Below are positions 26,234-39,709 of a stretch of DNA of 64,000 nucleotides, piece by piece; positions within the stretch are counted from its first letter, which is position 1; each line of letters starts with the position of its first letter. Origin of the DNA: Lama guanicoe. Its lineage: Eukaryota. Where the stretch lies: assembly GCA_013239625.1 (NCBI GenBank), contig MU054187.1, forward strand, positions 17,166,711 through 17,230,710, written 5' to 3'. The notes beneath the pieces are model-generated. The model searched no databases. It was not told the origin of the DNA and saw only the letters and a list, made by a program, of their open reading frames with translations. Made by a program: the position numbers and the translations under genes.

Positions 26234-27789
26234 AAAACCATAAGTAATGATGAAATGATATGTATCTTTAAAGAATGAAAAGTTAACCATCCATTCCATC
26301 ATATTATGATAGATTGCATTTTACACAGAACATTTTCTTTTTCAATATTGATAACTCCTAACTGCCTACCACTAATTATCTTTTTAAAAAGTCAATTTCA
26401 TCAGGAGTAAGTATAATTCTATTTTTTGATGACTGTGTTTCTGACCCCACAATATATGACATGCTGTATCTAAGCATGCTTTGCTACTGTAACTGCAAAA
26501 TGGCAGCTCTATTGCATTTTCTATTAGAAGTGAAAAATAAGATGTACAGATTCAGATATATTTTCTAGATTTCTGAAATCTTTATCATCAAGCAATTTTC
26601 AAAAGCCAGTGCACTTAAAAACTCTCATTTCCTATAAATCTGATTTAGAACAAATTTATATCTAGAAGATAATTCACACAGAAAGTCAATATTTGGAAAA
26701 TTTGTAAATTTTATAAGCATAACTTTCCTACAGGCCCAAATTATTCTCTCCTATAAATAATTTGCTCCAGTGTGGTTTCACCCTTATATAGCCAATTTGT
26801 CAACCAAGACCCCATACCAGGCAGATACACTCAAAAAGCTGTGTCTAAACTTGTCTGCGTTGTGTTTTTCAGCTTGGTTCCAACATTTCAACCCAGGACG
26901 CTCACTCTGCCCTGAACAGTGTGAGTGCCTTTAATTACAGTCTGACATGTGTATTTGTGAGAAACAAAAGGCTGTGAACTGAGGGTGATGATTAACTGTT
27001 CTACCGGATAATTGCTTAAACTACTACTTATATTATGCTGCATTATCTCTTTTGAACAAAGTGATTATTGGCCCTTTGTGTAGTGATTATACAGTGTAAG
27101 TGCAATCTTGATGTTTTAACTATTGTCAGAGTTTATGTTTAATGTCCTTCCATTACAAGGATGGATGCGACTTTACATGTTCTTTCTTCAGTTGAAAACC
27201 TTTCTGGAATCAGTCTCTTATGGCTTGATTTCTTTGCTTGGAATATGCAATATCTTTTTATCTTCTGGGAGAAGGGAATTAAAAGCATAATGATATAGTA
27301 TTCGGTAGTAAAATAAATATACTCAGACTTTGTGTATGCATGGCCACAAATGCAAACACCTCCAATATCACAATTTTGACCAAAAAAAAAAAATCATCAA
27401 ACTGGTAGATTCTGAAAAACTCAGAGGATGAAACTGAAGTTTCAAAGAAAAAACAGCTTACTTTTTACATGAACAGTACTGACAAGTCCCAGTCTTTATT
27501 CACTTTTGTAAATACATGGTAACTAATCACAAGTAGTTATCATGAAGAATCCTTATCTCTGTTATTAGAAAAAAATTCAAAATCCCATCCTTTAAAAGCT
27601 TTAATTTATGTTTACGTTGTTATCTGCTTCACCGAACTTGACCCGTTTCCCAAAACTTATCATTCAAGCTCATTATTTCCTGGGAGAAAATTTTCACAGT
27701 GCCATTGCATTTAGTTGATTTTGATCTGCTCCAAGATCTGGCATGATTGCCATGAGAATGGCCTCTAATGAGATCTGATTACATATTAT

Positions 27790-30700
27790 TTTAAAGTTTT
27801 CCTTGAGGTATAGCTGATATAGAATAAGCTGCGCATGTGTAAAACATACAATTTAGATAAGTTTTTATGTATGTGGACATCCCTGAAGCATCATCACAAT
27901 TAAGATGAGCATAGCCCTTCCCTGACAAAGTTTGCATGCCTTTTTGTAATCCCTCCCTTTTGCTTTTCCCTGAAATCCTCTGCTCCATCCCCAGACAACC
28001 ACTGCTCTGTTTTCTGACACTGTAGATTACATTGTAGTTTCTATACAGTTAAATGTAAATGGAATGATAAATTGTGTACCTGGCTTCTTTCATGCAACAT
28101 AATTATTTGGGGATTCATAATACATGTTATGCATGACAATAGTTCATTCCTTTGATTGTGCATGAATGTTCCAATGGATGGATAGACCACATTTGTGTCT
28201 ATATCATCCATTGCTGGGGCATTTTCTATTATTTCCAGTTTGTATCTATTACAAATAAAGCTGCTATGAACATTTGCTTGCAAGTTTGTATAGGCACATA
28301 ATTTTTTTACCTTAGGTACACATCTGAGACTAAGATGGTTGAATCATATGACACATTACATTTTTAAAAACTGGCAAACCCGTTTTTCACAATATTGTAC
28401 CATCTTGCAGTCCCAGCAGTAGCAATGTGAGAGTCCCAGTTCTTTCACATCCTTGCCAGCTCTTAGCTTGGTCAGTCTTTCTGATAGTAGTCACTTGACT
28501 AGATTATGTAGTTCACTGTGGTTTTAATTTGCATTTCTCTAATGGCTAATGATGTCGAGCATCTTTTCATGTGCGATTTGCCATTTGGCTTCTACTCTAA
28601 TATTTATTATTTATTGCATCCCTCTTATGTTCTTTATGTTTAGTTTCTCCTCTTTCTAGTTTCTTCAGGTGGAAGGTTAGTTTACTGATTTGAGATATTT
28701 CTTTTTTTAAATTTTGGTATTTATATGTATAAATGCTGATAATTGCTTTCATGGTATATCATTTGTTTTGGTATGCTGTGTTTTTATTTCATTAATCACA
28801 GAGTGTTTTTAATTTCTTTTGTGATTTATCCTTTGGCTTAATAGTCAAAAAGGAATGCTTTGTGTATTTCTGACATTTGGGGAATTTCCCAAGTTTCCTT
28901 CTGTTACTGCTTTCTAATTTAATTCCATTGTAATCAGAGAATACACTTCGGGTGATTTCAATTGTATTAGATTGATTGTGTCTTTTTTTAATTGGGCTAG
29001 TATATCTAGTAAATTATCTATCTCAGAAAACGTTCCTTGTGTATCTCAGAAAAATATGTATTCCCCTGCTGTTGGGTGCAATGCTCTGTAGATGTTTGTT
29101 TGGATTACTAGTGTTGCTCAAGTCTTCTATTTAATTGTTATTTTCATGCATTATTATTCTGTCCAGTATTAAAGATTTTAATTATCATGTGTCAAGGTAT
29201 GAAGCTCTGTGTTTATTCTACATGTACTTTGTTCAGCTTCTTGGATGTGTATATTAACATGTCACATCAAATTTGGAAAAGTTTTAGCCGTTATTTCTTC
29301 AAGTAATCTTCCTTCCCCCTTCCCTCCTCTGTTTCTGGGATTCCCATTACGCATATGTTGGTATTCTTGATGGTGCCTCATACATCTCTAAGAATCTGTT
29401 AATGTTTCTTCATTCTTTTTTTTATTGCTTTTCACATTGGATGTGGAAGCTGCCAAACACGTAGCTACTAGACTGCTGGGTTTTTTAACAACTGTTATAG
29501 CCATAAGGCTGCATGTTTTCAAAGCTAGTTCCTACCTGTGGAGAAAGGTGTGGTACAGGACAAGTTAAAAACCACAAAACTCACCGTTCTTCCCGAAACT
29601 CAGCCATCGTCCTTGAATAAACGCTCCTCAACTTATGGAAAACTGGTTAATTTCTAGAGTTTAAACAAGTTGATTCTGCATTTTTGCACCTGTGTTCTCT
29701 GAGAAGTGGATTTTCAGAAGTTTCACTCCACCGTTCCGGAAGCCCTTCCTTGCAATGATGTTTGAAAAAATATTTTCACTAGTTATACAGTTATAGGAAG
29801 AAAAAATTTCTTTCAGTACTTTAAAGATGTTGTTTGTGCTTATATTGTTTCCAATGAAATATTTGTTGTCATTCAATGTCTGTCCATTTATATCAGATCT
29901 ATTTTCCCTGTATGCTTAAAGATTTTTCTCTTTATCCAAGCTCTAAGAAGTTTGACTGTAATGTGCCTTAGTATGTTTTGTTTTGTTTTGTTTTGTCTTG
30001 TTTTTTTATCTCTCTTGTGCTAGTGGTTTATTTGGCTTCTTGGAACTGGGTGTTTATAGGTATCAGCAAATTTGGGGATTTTTCTTATATAATTTCTTCA
30101 AATAGATTTTAACCTCTTCCTTATCCTCTGCTTTGGTAACTACATTTATAAATATATTAAACCACTCAAAATTACCCCAAAGTTTACAGTTGCCCCTTTA
30201 ATTCATTTTTTTTTGCTATTTGTATATTTCACTTTGTTTAATTAATATTGCTTTGCATTCAAGTCTTCTGATCTTCTTTGCAGTGTCAAACCTACTATCA
30301 ATTTGTTCTAGTACACATTTTATCTCAAGCATTGTAGTTTGTATCTTCTAGAAGTTCTACTTGTGCCATTTCTTTATATCCTTAATATTTAACTTTCTGA
30401 GTCCATGGAATCCAGTTCTAGCAATCGATTTAATGTCTTTGCAAATTTAATGTTTGGACCAGAGCTGGATCAGTTTTTATTGGCTGATTTTCCTCCTGAT
30501 TAATTACTGTATTTTCTTGCTTCTTTGTATATATCTAGTAATCTTGATTGGACACCGGACATTGTGAATTTGTATTTGTTGGATGCTAGATATTTTTCTA
30601 TTTCTGTAATTATTCTTAATAAATGTTTCTGGACTTATTACTAGGAAACTGTTAAATCCTTCAGTTCTTACTTTTAAAATTTATTAGGTGTGACAGAACA

Positions 30701-31310
30701 GCAGTTTATCTAGGTATAATTATCCCCCAATACTGAACCATGGCCTTTCTGAATATTCTACACGATGCCCACAAATTTGGGGATTTCCCAATCCAGCTTG
30801 TGGGAGTGGGCAATATTCTCAGCCCTGTGTAAAGGCTAAGCACTGCTATTTTTTAAATTTTTCACATGGCTCTCTCTCTTACTTCAGATAGTTTCTTCAC
30901 GAGCATGTGCTGATTACTGTTCTACTGATACTCCAGAGAGACCATCTGCAGATATCCAGGGTTCTCACTTGACTGTATTCTCTTCCCTGGTTTTCTGTCC
31001 TATGAATTCTAGCTTTTTGGTCTCCCCTGCTACTCAGCTCCATCTTCTTAAGTCAGGAATTCTGCTGAGCTGTGCTTGGGTTCATCTTTACTGTAATGAG
31101 ACTGGAAATTCTTTCAAGTCAGTAAACTCAGGCAGTCATAGGCTTACCTCACCCGTTTCCTGTCTCTCAGTGAATACTGTAATTCTTTGCCTTTTCCTGC
31201 TGTTCCATGTCTTGAAACCCTTTTTTTTTTAATGTATTTTGTCTATATTTACAGATATTTTAGCTAGGAGTATAAATCTGGTCACAGGTACTGTATCTTG
31301 GCTGGATGCA
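27790..31310 (-). mobile_element. Degenerate, internally deleted L1 (L1MC/MD-like 3' end, ORF2 and 5' fragments); possibly more than one element
   Basis: Antisense L1 3' UTR (ccccagacaaccactg, ataaagctgctatgaacatt, ttaatttgcatttctctaatggctaatgatgtcgagcatcttttcatgtg), then ORF2/ORF1-like antisense tracts (ttaattccattgtaatcagagaata, catcaaatttggaaaagttttagcc). Confidence 0.8.
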
Positions 31311-32854
31311 AAGAACCAAAGTGCCCACTTTTAATGTTCTTCTTTTTAAGAGTGGAGGGGAGGCCGAGTAGGGAAGAGAATATCATAGAACCAGAAAACA
31401 CATAAAATTGAAAGAAGGAAAGGCACAATTTATCTATTAATTGCTAAAATAGATTGCTGTCATTGAGGAAATTTAAAGGAATTGTATTGCTTCCCATGTA
31501 GGTTTCAGCTAGGCATCACTTAAACTGCTAGATTCACTAGTGAAAAGATTATTGACATTTCTGTAGATTGGCTAACTTTAGCTATTAATGTGCAAAGTGA
31601 TTTTTTTTTTAGTTTCAATAATATAATCTTTAAAATGATGATGTTTATGTGGATTATATTCAATGTTCTTTTCAGCTCCAAAATTTCTAAATAAGAGTTT
31701 AAGCCAAAATGTTAGTAGTATAATAAGACTGAGCCTGGGATTATCTGATTTCCTTGCATTTCCCATATTTGGAGACTGATTTTTATTATAGTTTACTACT
31801 TCACTGGGTCATACAAATACCCACCTAGTATTTGCCCACAGTATATTTTACACTGAGGAAACTTTACTATTAATCACCTTCTACATTGCTCAGAAATTAT
31901 TTTCAAATCAAGAACTACCTCAAGCTTAGTATTTTTTCTGGCTTTTATTCTGTTGCTTTGAACTTTATTTTTATAGTATTTTCACAGTCTGTAAATATTT
32001 CACTTTAATTCAGCTGCAGCAAATTTGCAAGCAGAATCTGTCTGTTTTATATCTTGGCCTCGGGTCTGGGCCTAAGATTACAATTCCAAAAAGTGTTATA
32101 AACCTTAATTTCTTTTTTTATATGCTATTTTATTTACTTAAAATAATTTTAGACAGATTAAAATTGGTCCTATAAGTCTTTATGCTTATGTCATTCAAAA
32201 CATATCCATTTTAACTCAAAATATTATTACTTTGATTCATCCTTATGAACTTAAATGAATAAATAACAAACTCTTCTTTATATTCCCCAATATACTTGTG
32301 ACACCTTGAACCAATAATGCTAATTTTCATTTAGCAAATTGGGAAAACTTAAAAATAGAATGAAACATGATATTCCTATTGAAAGTGATAGTCCTACACG
32401 TTCTGTCCACACAGTCAATTAGCATAGAGAGAGAGATGGGGTAGAGGAGGAAGCAAAAAAAAAAGTCAGCATCAGGCAAAAGATGGCTCAAATAATCTTC
32501 TATACAATTGTCCAACCTCTGCAAAGTAGGTAGAATAAGGGTCATAAGGGTCACGATGCATTTGGTAGGGCATTAAAAAAAAAAAAAGAAACCTAATGAT
32601 CTGGCATAACTATAATTCAAGATGACATAGGCAGGATTCTTATATGCTCTCTAACTACTCCCCTGTGCTAAATTTCCCATTATCCCTGGCACTCCTCTCA
32701 TCTTCTCCACTTATCAAAGCATTGATCTTTCAGTCATATTTGATGTATAGAAATCCTTTGCAACTCATTTGCAATCAATCAGCCAAACCCACTCTTTCTG
32801 TTCCCTACTACTGCATATCTCTACATGGTCTCTGACCAGTTCTTAGAATTGCCA

Positions 32855-33050
32855 CTAGGCAGGGAGTTCTGAGACCTGGGTTCTAACCTCCACTGGCACT
32901 GACTTGGAACAGAATGTGTCTACTTCCTACCTATTAAATAGGAGAAGTAGACAAGAGAGATCAGACTCCTGGAAGAATATGAGCATTAGGTATAATTACA
33001 GACTGGAAAACCTTGTATATGTCAAGTGGTACCACTATCATCACCACCAT
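32855..33050 (+). mobile_element. MIR SINE remnant
   Basis: ggagttctgagacctgggttctaacctccactggcactgacttggaac...ttcctacctattaaataggag. Confidence 0.5.
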
Positions 33051-33749
33051 GGTGACTTTTCTTTGTGGTACCTTTGCCTTAATTTCTTCAGGCTTTGATG
33101 TCTTCATCAGAAAAAAAAAAGTTTGAAAACCTGCCCTTTTCATTATCCTAAGTCTCAAAGGCAGTAAAGCATGAGGAAATGTTTCCTAAAATGTAAATCA
33201 TTTTACGTAAGTGAGCACTGCCAGTTACTTCCAGAACTTGAATGGAAATATGCCATCAATGTTGAAAAAAATAAAGAACACTTTTGAGTAACAATCATTT
33301 CTAACGCAGGAGACTTAAATGGTGACTCTAGTTATGCGTGTGTGTATGGGTGTGTGTTTGCATGTGTGCACGCATGCATTTGCCCATCAAAATATCTGGT
33401 TAGGGCTATTTATGATAAATTCAGAGTTCTTCTTGACATTGCAAGTAAATCCATAGAATCTTTTTTATTTATTAAAAATGTATGAATATGTCATTGAAAA
33501 CATTTTGGGAAGCATTGTGTTGTACAGATTTCATCCTGGCAGTCTACGTTTAAATGTCCAATTCAGTTTAAGGGTCCTACTTTTAGACCAAACTATGCAT
33601 TACCAGACAAGCAACATTTGCTATTTCACATAGTGGACGTGTGCCCTGACTTAGTACATTACTAGAGACTGGAAAATCAGAAAGTTTGAGGGTAGAACTG
33701 GACTGTATTCCAAATTAATATAACTTGGCAGATTGAAAATTAACTCCTA

Positions 33750-33925
33750 TAAATCTTCACTTGTGGATATCTAAATGTAATTTAGAATTAAAATGAAATT
33801 AAATAAGAATTTAGTTCCTTGGTCATATGGGGCATATTCCACATACACAGTAGCCACATGAGGCTAGTGGTTACCACAGATATAATTTCCATCAATCCCA
33901 AAGGTTTTCCTAAAGAGTGATGTTA
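33750..33925. mobile_element. MER3/MER33-like hAT DNA transposon remnant
   Basis: aattaaaatgaaattaaataagaatttagttccttggtcat...agtagccacatgaggctagtggttacc...atttccatca. Confidence 0.6.
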
Positions 33926-34524
33926 TGGACAGATATTTGAAATGACTGGGCAATGAGCATCCAGAAAGCTTATTGTATTTGCATATCTCCATGAAACTTC
34001 AAGTTTAAGAAAAGAAAGGGAGGATTTTATGTATAATTTTTAATTCTACTGGGAATTTGTCAAATATACTTTGTGTAAGAAAATGTGATGATATCTGCCT
34101 CAATCTTTGTTCTTACATATATAATAATATATAAAATGATAAAATATATCTTACAATAGCAAAATCTCATATTTGTATATATCTTATTTTTAACATTTAA
34201 TTCTACCTTGTGAAGGTAATTTTAAATCACTGCATGTATTTCAATATTTAGATGCAGATCAGATTATCATCTATGACTAATATTTTGATACCAGACAGAT
34301 CAAAAGAACATTTACATCTTCATCATTTCTACAGACAAGATAACTAACAAAATTAAAGATAGTAACATACTAAGTACTGCATTTTTATGATCAATATTTC
34401 CTGAACAAAAAAAAAATCAAATGTCAATGAAATGCTCCACTGGACATTTTAACCTATTTTTATATCCTTAGAAACATTTAATTCATTGAGTTGTTCACCT
34501 GACATTTTTACAGATTGCTTTGAT

Positions 34525-34558
34525 TGTAAAAACGTCATTTTAAAATGACGTTTTTACA
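34525..34558. repeat. Perfect 34-bp palindrome
   Basis: tgtaaaaacgtcatttt|aaaatgacgtttttaca; the arms are exact reverse complements with no spacer. Confidence 0.97.
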
Positions 34559-34870
34559 CTGGCTTGGTCTTAAAAACATCAAATGGGGGATAATTCTTCA
34601 TTTGAAGTTATTAAACATGGCCATAATCATAAAAATGTCATTTTAAGATAATTCTTCATTTGACCTTTTTTACACTCAGCTGCTCTTTTCTTGTCTTCCT
34701 TAAAATTTTGATATTAGAAATAAAAGTTAATAGAATTTGAAGGCTCTACTTAAAAATTCAAATCAGGATTTCACTGCTAATGTTGCCCTGGTCCTAAGGG
34801 AGTGGTTTTACTACCAACCTCCTACCCATTACAGTTCTGGGCATTGTTGGTAGAGTACGTATGTGTGTGC

Positions 34871-34875
<5 letters not shown>

Positions 34876-34904
<29 letters not shown>
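34876..34904. repeat. (TG)14 microsatellite
   Basis: Direct reading. Confidence 0.95.
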
Positions 34905-36099
34905 CTGAGCCAACCATGCTTAGTTGTGTCTTCCCACAAATAATCCATGACTCTTTACAACTTTCAGCTCCACTATTACACTTTCATAGCATATTATTCT
35001 CAATAGGAAAATTACACAATAGCCATTTTCAGTTCAGTTATGGTGACTATGACTATGGCTTTGAAGTCATGTAATTGTGGCAATTGCTGGAATATGGGAT
35101 ATACTTTTTTGCTAACTCTATGCATTGCTGCACTTTCAATAATTTTTATTCTGTTTATATATATGCTTGTACAGGAAGCACAGAAAGAATGGTGTGCCTT
35201 ATTTTTGCTTATTCAATGCCTTTTGAGTGTGAAATAAATATGCTCATATTTTTGCTGAATGAATAATAATAATAACATTTTGAGCAAATATTTTATGGCA
35301 GGCACTGATTTGAGAATTTTCCTTGCATTAATTAATTCTCATAACAATCCTGTGAGGAATATGTTATTCACTTACACCTAAGGACAACAGATTACAAAAA
35401 GAGAAGAAGAATTTGAAGCCAGGAAGACAGAAACACTAAGATGAATAAGTTTTCAAGGTTTTCTTTAATCAAATGCTACTTGCATCTATACTATAGGATA
35501 TGTAGGATTTTTGGAGTTATTATGACAAGAGATTGGCTTCAGTGATAGAGATTCTAAGAAGTCATCGAAAGCATCTTTTGTCTCCTTGTCCTGTTTCAGA
35601 TACAAGCTAATCTCTTGTAAGACAAGCAGGCACTAGAACAGAGAGGCAGCTAGGTCATAAAGAGTACGACAGAGACAACGATTTCTGGGTTTTTTTTTTT
35701 TTTTTCTGCTTTGAAAACTCTGAGCCTCTGGAAACCAGTAAAAGGGAACCCAACGGCAAGGATCTTCCCAGGGAAAATTTTGGCCAATGGACACCAGTGG
35801 ATTCTCCAAAGAAAGGTGGATATAGAACATTTTAATTGTACTTCTTTTTCACTTCCCAGGAATCAAGGAGGGTCAGAAAAGATAATCTGAGTCTTTTAAT
35901 CTGAGAGAAGCCAAGAAGCTTCTTTCCAGTATATGAAGAAGGGACAAATGGCCTGCCTGATACCACACCTCAGTATGCAATACCCTATCTTGGCTCCCCC
36001 ACCCTTGACAGACTTTATTTCATGTTCCCTAGAAGCTGAATCTGATACCAATGAATTACTGAGAGAAATAACTCTAAAAAAAGAGACTTATAAGTTAGA

Positions 36100-38340
36100 G
36101 AGAGGAAGAATAAATAAAAATTAGAAAAGTTTCACCAAAAGGAAACCTGCTAGAAGATGGAAGTATAAATCTAAATAACAAAAATGTTAGTAGTATTTAA
36201 GAGATTTAAATCAAGCACAAATAAGGAAAAAAAAAATCTTTGTGGAACTCAAAAAAAAAGATTTTTGAATTTAAAATGTTAATAAAAATTGAAAGAAACA
36301 ATCATCATTGAGATTCAAGTTAGTGTCTTGTGAGATCAATTTAAAGAGGTAAGCAATGAAAAAATAACCCTAAAGAAAATACTCAATCTTCAGACTGAAT
36401 AATCTTAACAAACTGTATAGTTTTTAAAAAATTTTATAATGTTCCTAGGCAAATAGTAGTAAAATTCTTGAACCCCCAAATCAAGAAAAAAATTCACAAG
36501 CTTTCAAACAGAAATGAAAATTACTTATTCAAGAAAAATAATTAGATCAGCAGAGAAATTCCATCTACAACTCTTACACTTAAGATGGTGGAGATGACAT
36601 CTATAAACTAGGGGAAGAATAATTATCGAGCCCAAAATAATAATACCACTCAACTATCAGAAAATTACAAGCAGAAATGCATTATATAAGAACATATATT
36701 AACTAGTGAGAAAAATGTACTTACCAAAGTGTGCTAACCAAACCAAAACCAAAAGGATCAAGAAAGAGATCACAAGCTACAGAAAGCAGAAAAAGAGAGT
36801 AACAAAATGATCTTTGACATATTTTCTTATTTTCTTATTTGGAATGTCCTTCTGTTGCATTTCCTCTATTCTTTTCTCTTACTCTTTTCCAACCAGATAT
36901 CTATATGGTTAAACACAGATAATTATAAGCTAAACAGATTGTGTAAAATAAGTGTTAATATTGATCCTTGAAATCTAAGATCCAAGATACAGAGAAAATT
37001 CTAAGGGTCAGAAGTGAGAGAATTAAACTAAAACACTTAATATGAAAAAGAGAAAAAGTGGGCAGAAAGATGGGGGAAAAGTAAGTGAGATGACAGAGGT
37101 AGCACTGGGGAACAGAATGTTTTGATGGGGCAAATAGTATTTTATTTTCATATATTATTCAAGACTAGTATTTGATTATGACCACTAGTATAGAATAAAA
37201 CCAATACAACAGAAAAATACAGTAGAATTTACAAATTATAACATGAAAAGTAAATAACAACTGTCATCAGGTTCAATCAAAAATATAATAAAAATGAAAA
37301 GGAAAAGCAAATTTTAAAAATGAAAAATAGATATAAAATCAAATTGAATATTCCCATTAAAAGAAATATATAGTCATATTCAATTAAGAAGCAAAATTCT
37401 ATTATATGTTTACTGTAGATTATAAAAATGGTTCAAATTCCTTACTTTTTTCTATTCTCATACCAAAAGGGCATAGTCATTTCCCCATTGCTTGAATCTG
37501 TAACTTCCTTTAGACATACTAGTGTCCCAAGTTCTGAGGCCAGGTCACAAGACGTGTTGCATGTTGCCCCTTGATTACTATTACATGTCAGCCACAGCCA
37601 AGACAACATGCTTGTGGCCACCCTACTGGAGAATGAGACACATGACACAAGCTGAGTTTCCCCAAGTCGTCCCAATAGGGACCATCCTAGATTAGCCAAT
37701 AGACAGCAGATCCCTAGGTCAATGAGAAAAAGCAGGCAAAATCTGAAGAAGTCCACTTATATGCAGTTGACTATAGACACATAAACAAATCCAGCTGAGA
37801 TCAGCCAACCATAGGTCAGAACAGCTGAATCCTGCCACAAAATTAGAGAGCTATGAATAAACGATTATTGTTGTAAAGCTCTAGGCTTTTGTGGTTATTA
37901 TAACATGTTATTGTGCAAATAGAAAGCAGAAAGATGTTTAGAAGACAATAAAACTACATATATATATATATGTAGTTGGAAATAAAGAGTTGGGCAGGGA
38001 GACACTAAGTAAATACAATCATAAATAAAGCAATAAAAGATTAAAAAGAGGAATATAAAGTTAAAAGCATTATCAAGACAGATAGGAATACTGAATAAAA
38101 GTAGAAGGTACAATTTATGAAGAAATCATTAACTTGTATGCACAAAAGTAGCTGATAAACTACTATTAGAATTTCAAAGAAAACTTGATTTAATGTATAA
38201 TATTAATGGGTATTTCCATATACTTCTTTCCAAACCTAGCATGTGCTCCCAAAAGAAAATAAGTAAGTAAAAATATGGAACATTTAAGTCAATCAGTGGA
38301 GTTCTGAACATTAAAAAACATAAAAATTAAAATACTGCTC
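36100..38340 (+). mobile_element. Very old L1 (ORF1 to ORF2 start) remnant, interrupted by an MLT1 LTR
   Basis: A-rich sense tract with L1-like motifs (tcaatcttcagactgaa, attagatcagcagagaaattcc, attcccattaaaaga). Confidence 0.45.
37414..37935 (+). mobile_element. MaLR LTR (MLT1G/H-like)
   Basis: tgtagattataaaaatggttcaaattc...ctactggagaatgagacacatg...ccatcctagattagcc...ccagctgagatcagc...aataaacgattattgttgtaaagc. Confidence 0.7.
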
Positions 38341-38344
38341 TTTT

Positions 38345-39230
38345 CAGTTTCTGGTTCTACATATAAGGAGATTGGAAGTTGAAACTCTGTCCTAACAACA
38401 GGTAAAAAGCAGAGCAGATTGAAAAATCAACTCTTGTTGGATCCATGAGAGAGTTCAGGACATGAGGCAAACTACTGAACCCAAGATTGGAGAGACAGGT
38501 GGGTACAGGGAGTCATGTCTTACCAGAGCAGACATTCAGGAGCAGAAATTGCCACAGAGTCAATGTCAGGGTTGGAAAACCTGACTGTAATTGATGAATT
38601 GCTGGAGGCTCAGTGTGGACAACTCTGAGAGGAAAACACTCCAGGAAGACCCAGCCAGAAGGGGACCTATGTACTTCCGTGAGTTAGTTCCAGGATTAGG
38701 ATCCCTCCATAAATATCAGAGAAAAGTAACATCTCACCCTCGAATCATGGGGAGGGAAGAGTAAGCATTTTAAATTATGATCGAGTACTCTGTTTCTCTT
38801 AAGAAGTCCCACCCACCGGGGAAACTATGTAACCAGAGCCTAAGCTGCTGGGATATTATCACATTCTGATTGACTAGGGAAAGAAAAATATCCAACTGCA
38901 GTCAGCTGTAGTCATGTGAGAAGGAAAATACCCACCTCCAGCCCACCCTACCCATTTTGTCCCACCTAAGAGGGGAGAACACAGTTGAGCTCAACAACAC
39001 CATCAGTCACCTCGATATAGACATCTAGACTTTTTCATCTAACTGCAGAATACATGTACTTCTCAAGCTCACATCCTCATGGGCCATACACACTTTAACA
39101 AACATCCTAAAAAACATTAATCATACAATGTCTATTTTCAGACTACCATGGAAATGAAAATCAATAATAGAAAGAACACTGGAAATGGCATCCAAATTAG
39201 AAAACAAGAAGTACAATGATGTCTGGTACA
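38345..39230 (+). mobile_element. L1MC-like 5' UTR joined to an ORF2 endonuclease-region fragment
   Basis: ggaagttgaaactctgtcctaacaac...tgtaattgatgaattgctggaggctcagtgtggacaactctgaga (L1MC 5' end-like), then ctcaacaacaccatca...gcagaatacatgtacttctcaagctcacat...aaatcaataatagaaag. Confidence 0.65.
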
Positions 39231-39665
39231 GGAAACGCTGAATAATGGCCAGACCATTCAATGTGGTGTCCAATGCGGAATAAGAAATTCATGATCTGCA
39301 AATTTAACAACTACATGAAAATGTATTCAAACTCATTGGACAGGGTAAGAAAAATTAAAAACCAAGAAGGTATCACTTTAAAACTATTAGCTTAGCAAAG
39401 GAAATAAATGCGATAAAAGGCAATCAAAAAGCCAGTATTTGGAATAGAAGGTTAAAAAATGTTAATCAATCAATTGTTCGTGTGAAACATAGAATATATT
39501 CTGCATACCTGGCCAAAAAAAAAAAAACATGTAACTAAGACCTTAACTTTCACCAGGAGAAGCCCAAGTAATCTTCATGATTGTTACTTTCGGGAGGCTA
39601 AAACCAACATGGAAAAGATAAATGCAATGTGACATTAGATTAGGAGTTTGGGCTGAGTATACATG

Positions 39666-39668
<3 letters not shown>

Positions 39669-39705
<37 letters not shown>
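39669..39705. repeat. (AC)18 microsatellite
   Basis: Direct reading. Confidence 0.95.
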
Positions 39706-39709
<4 letters not shown>

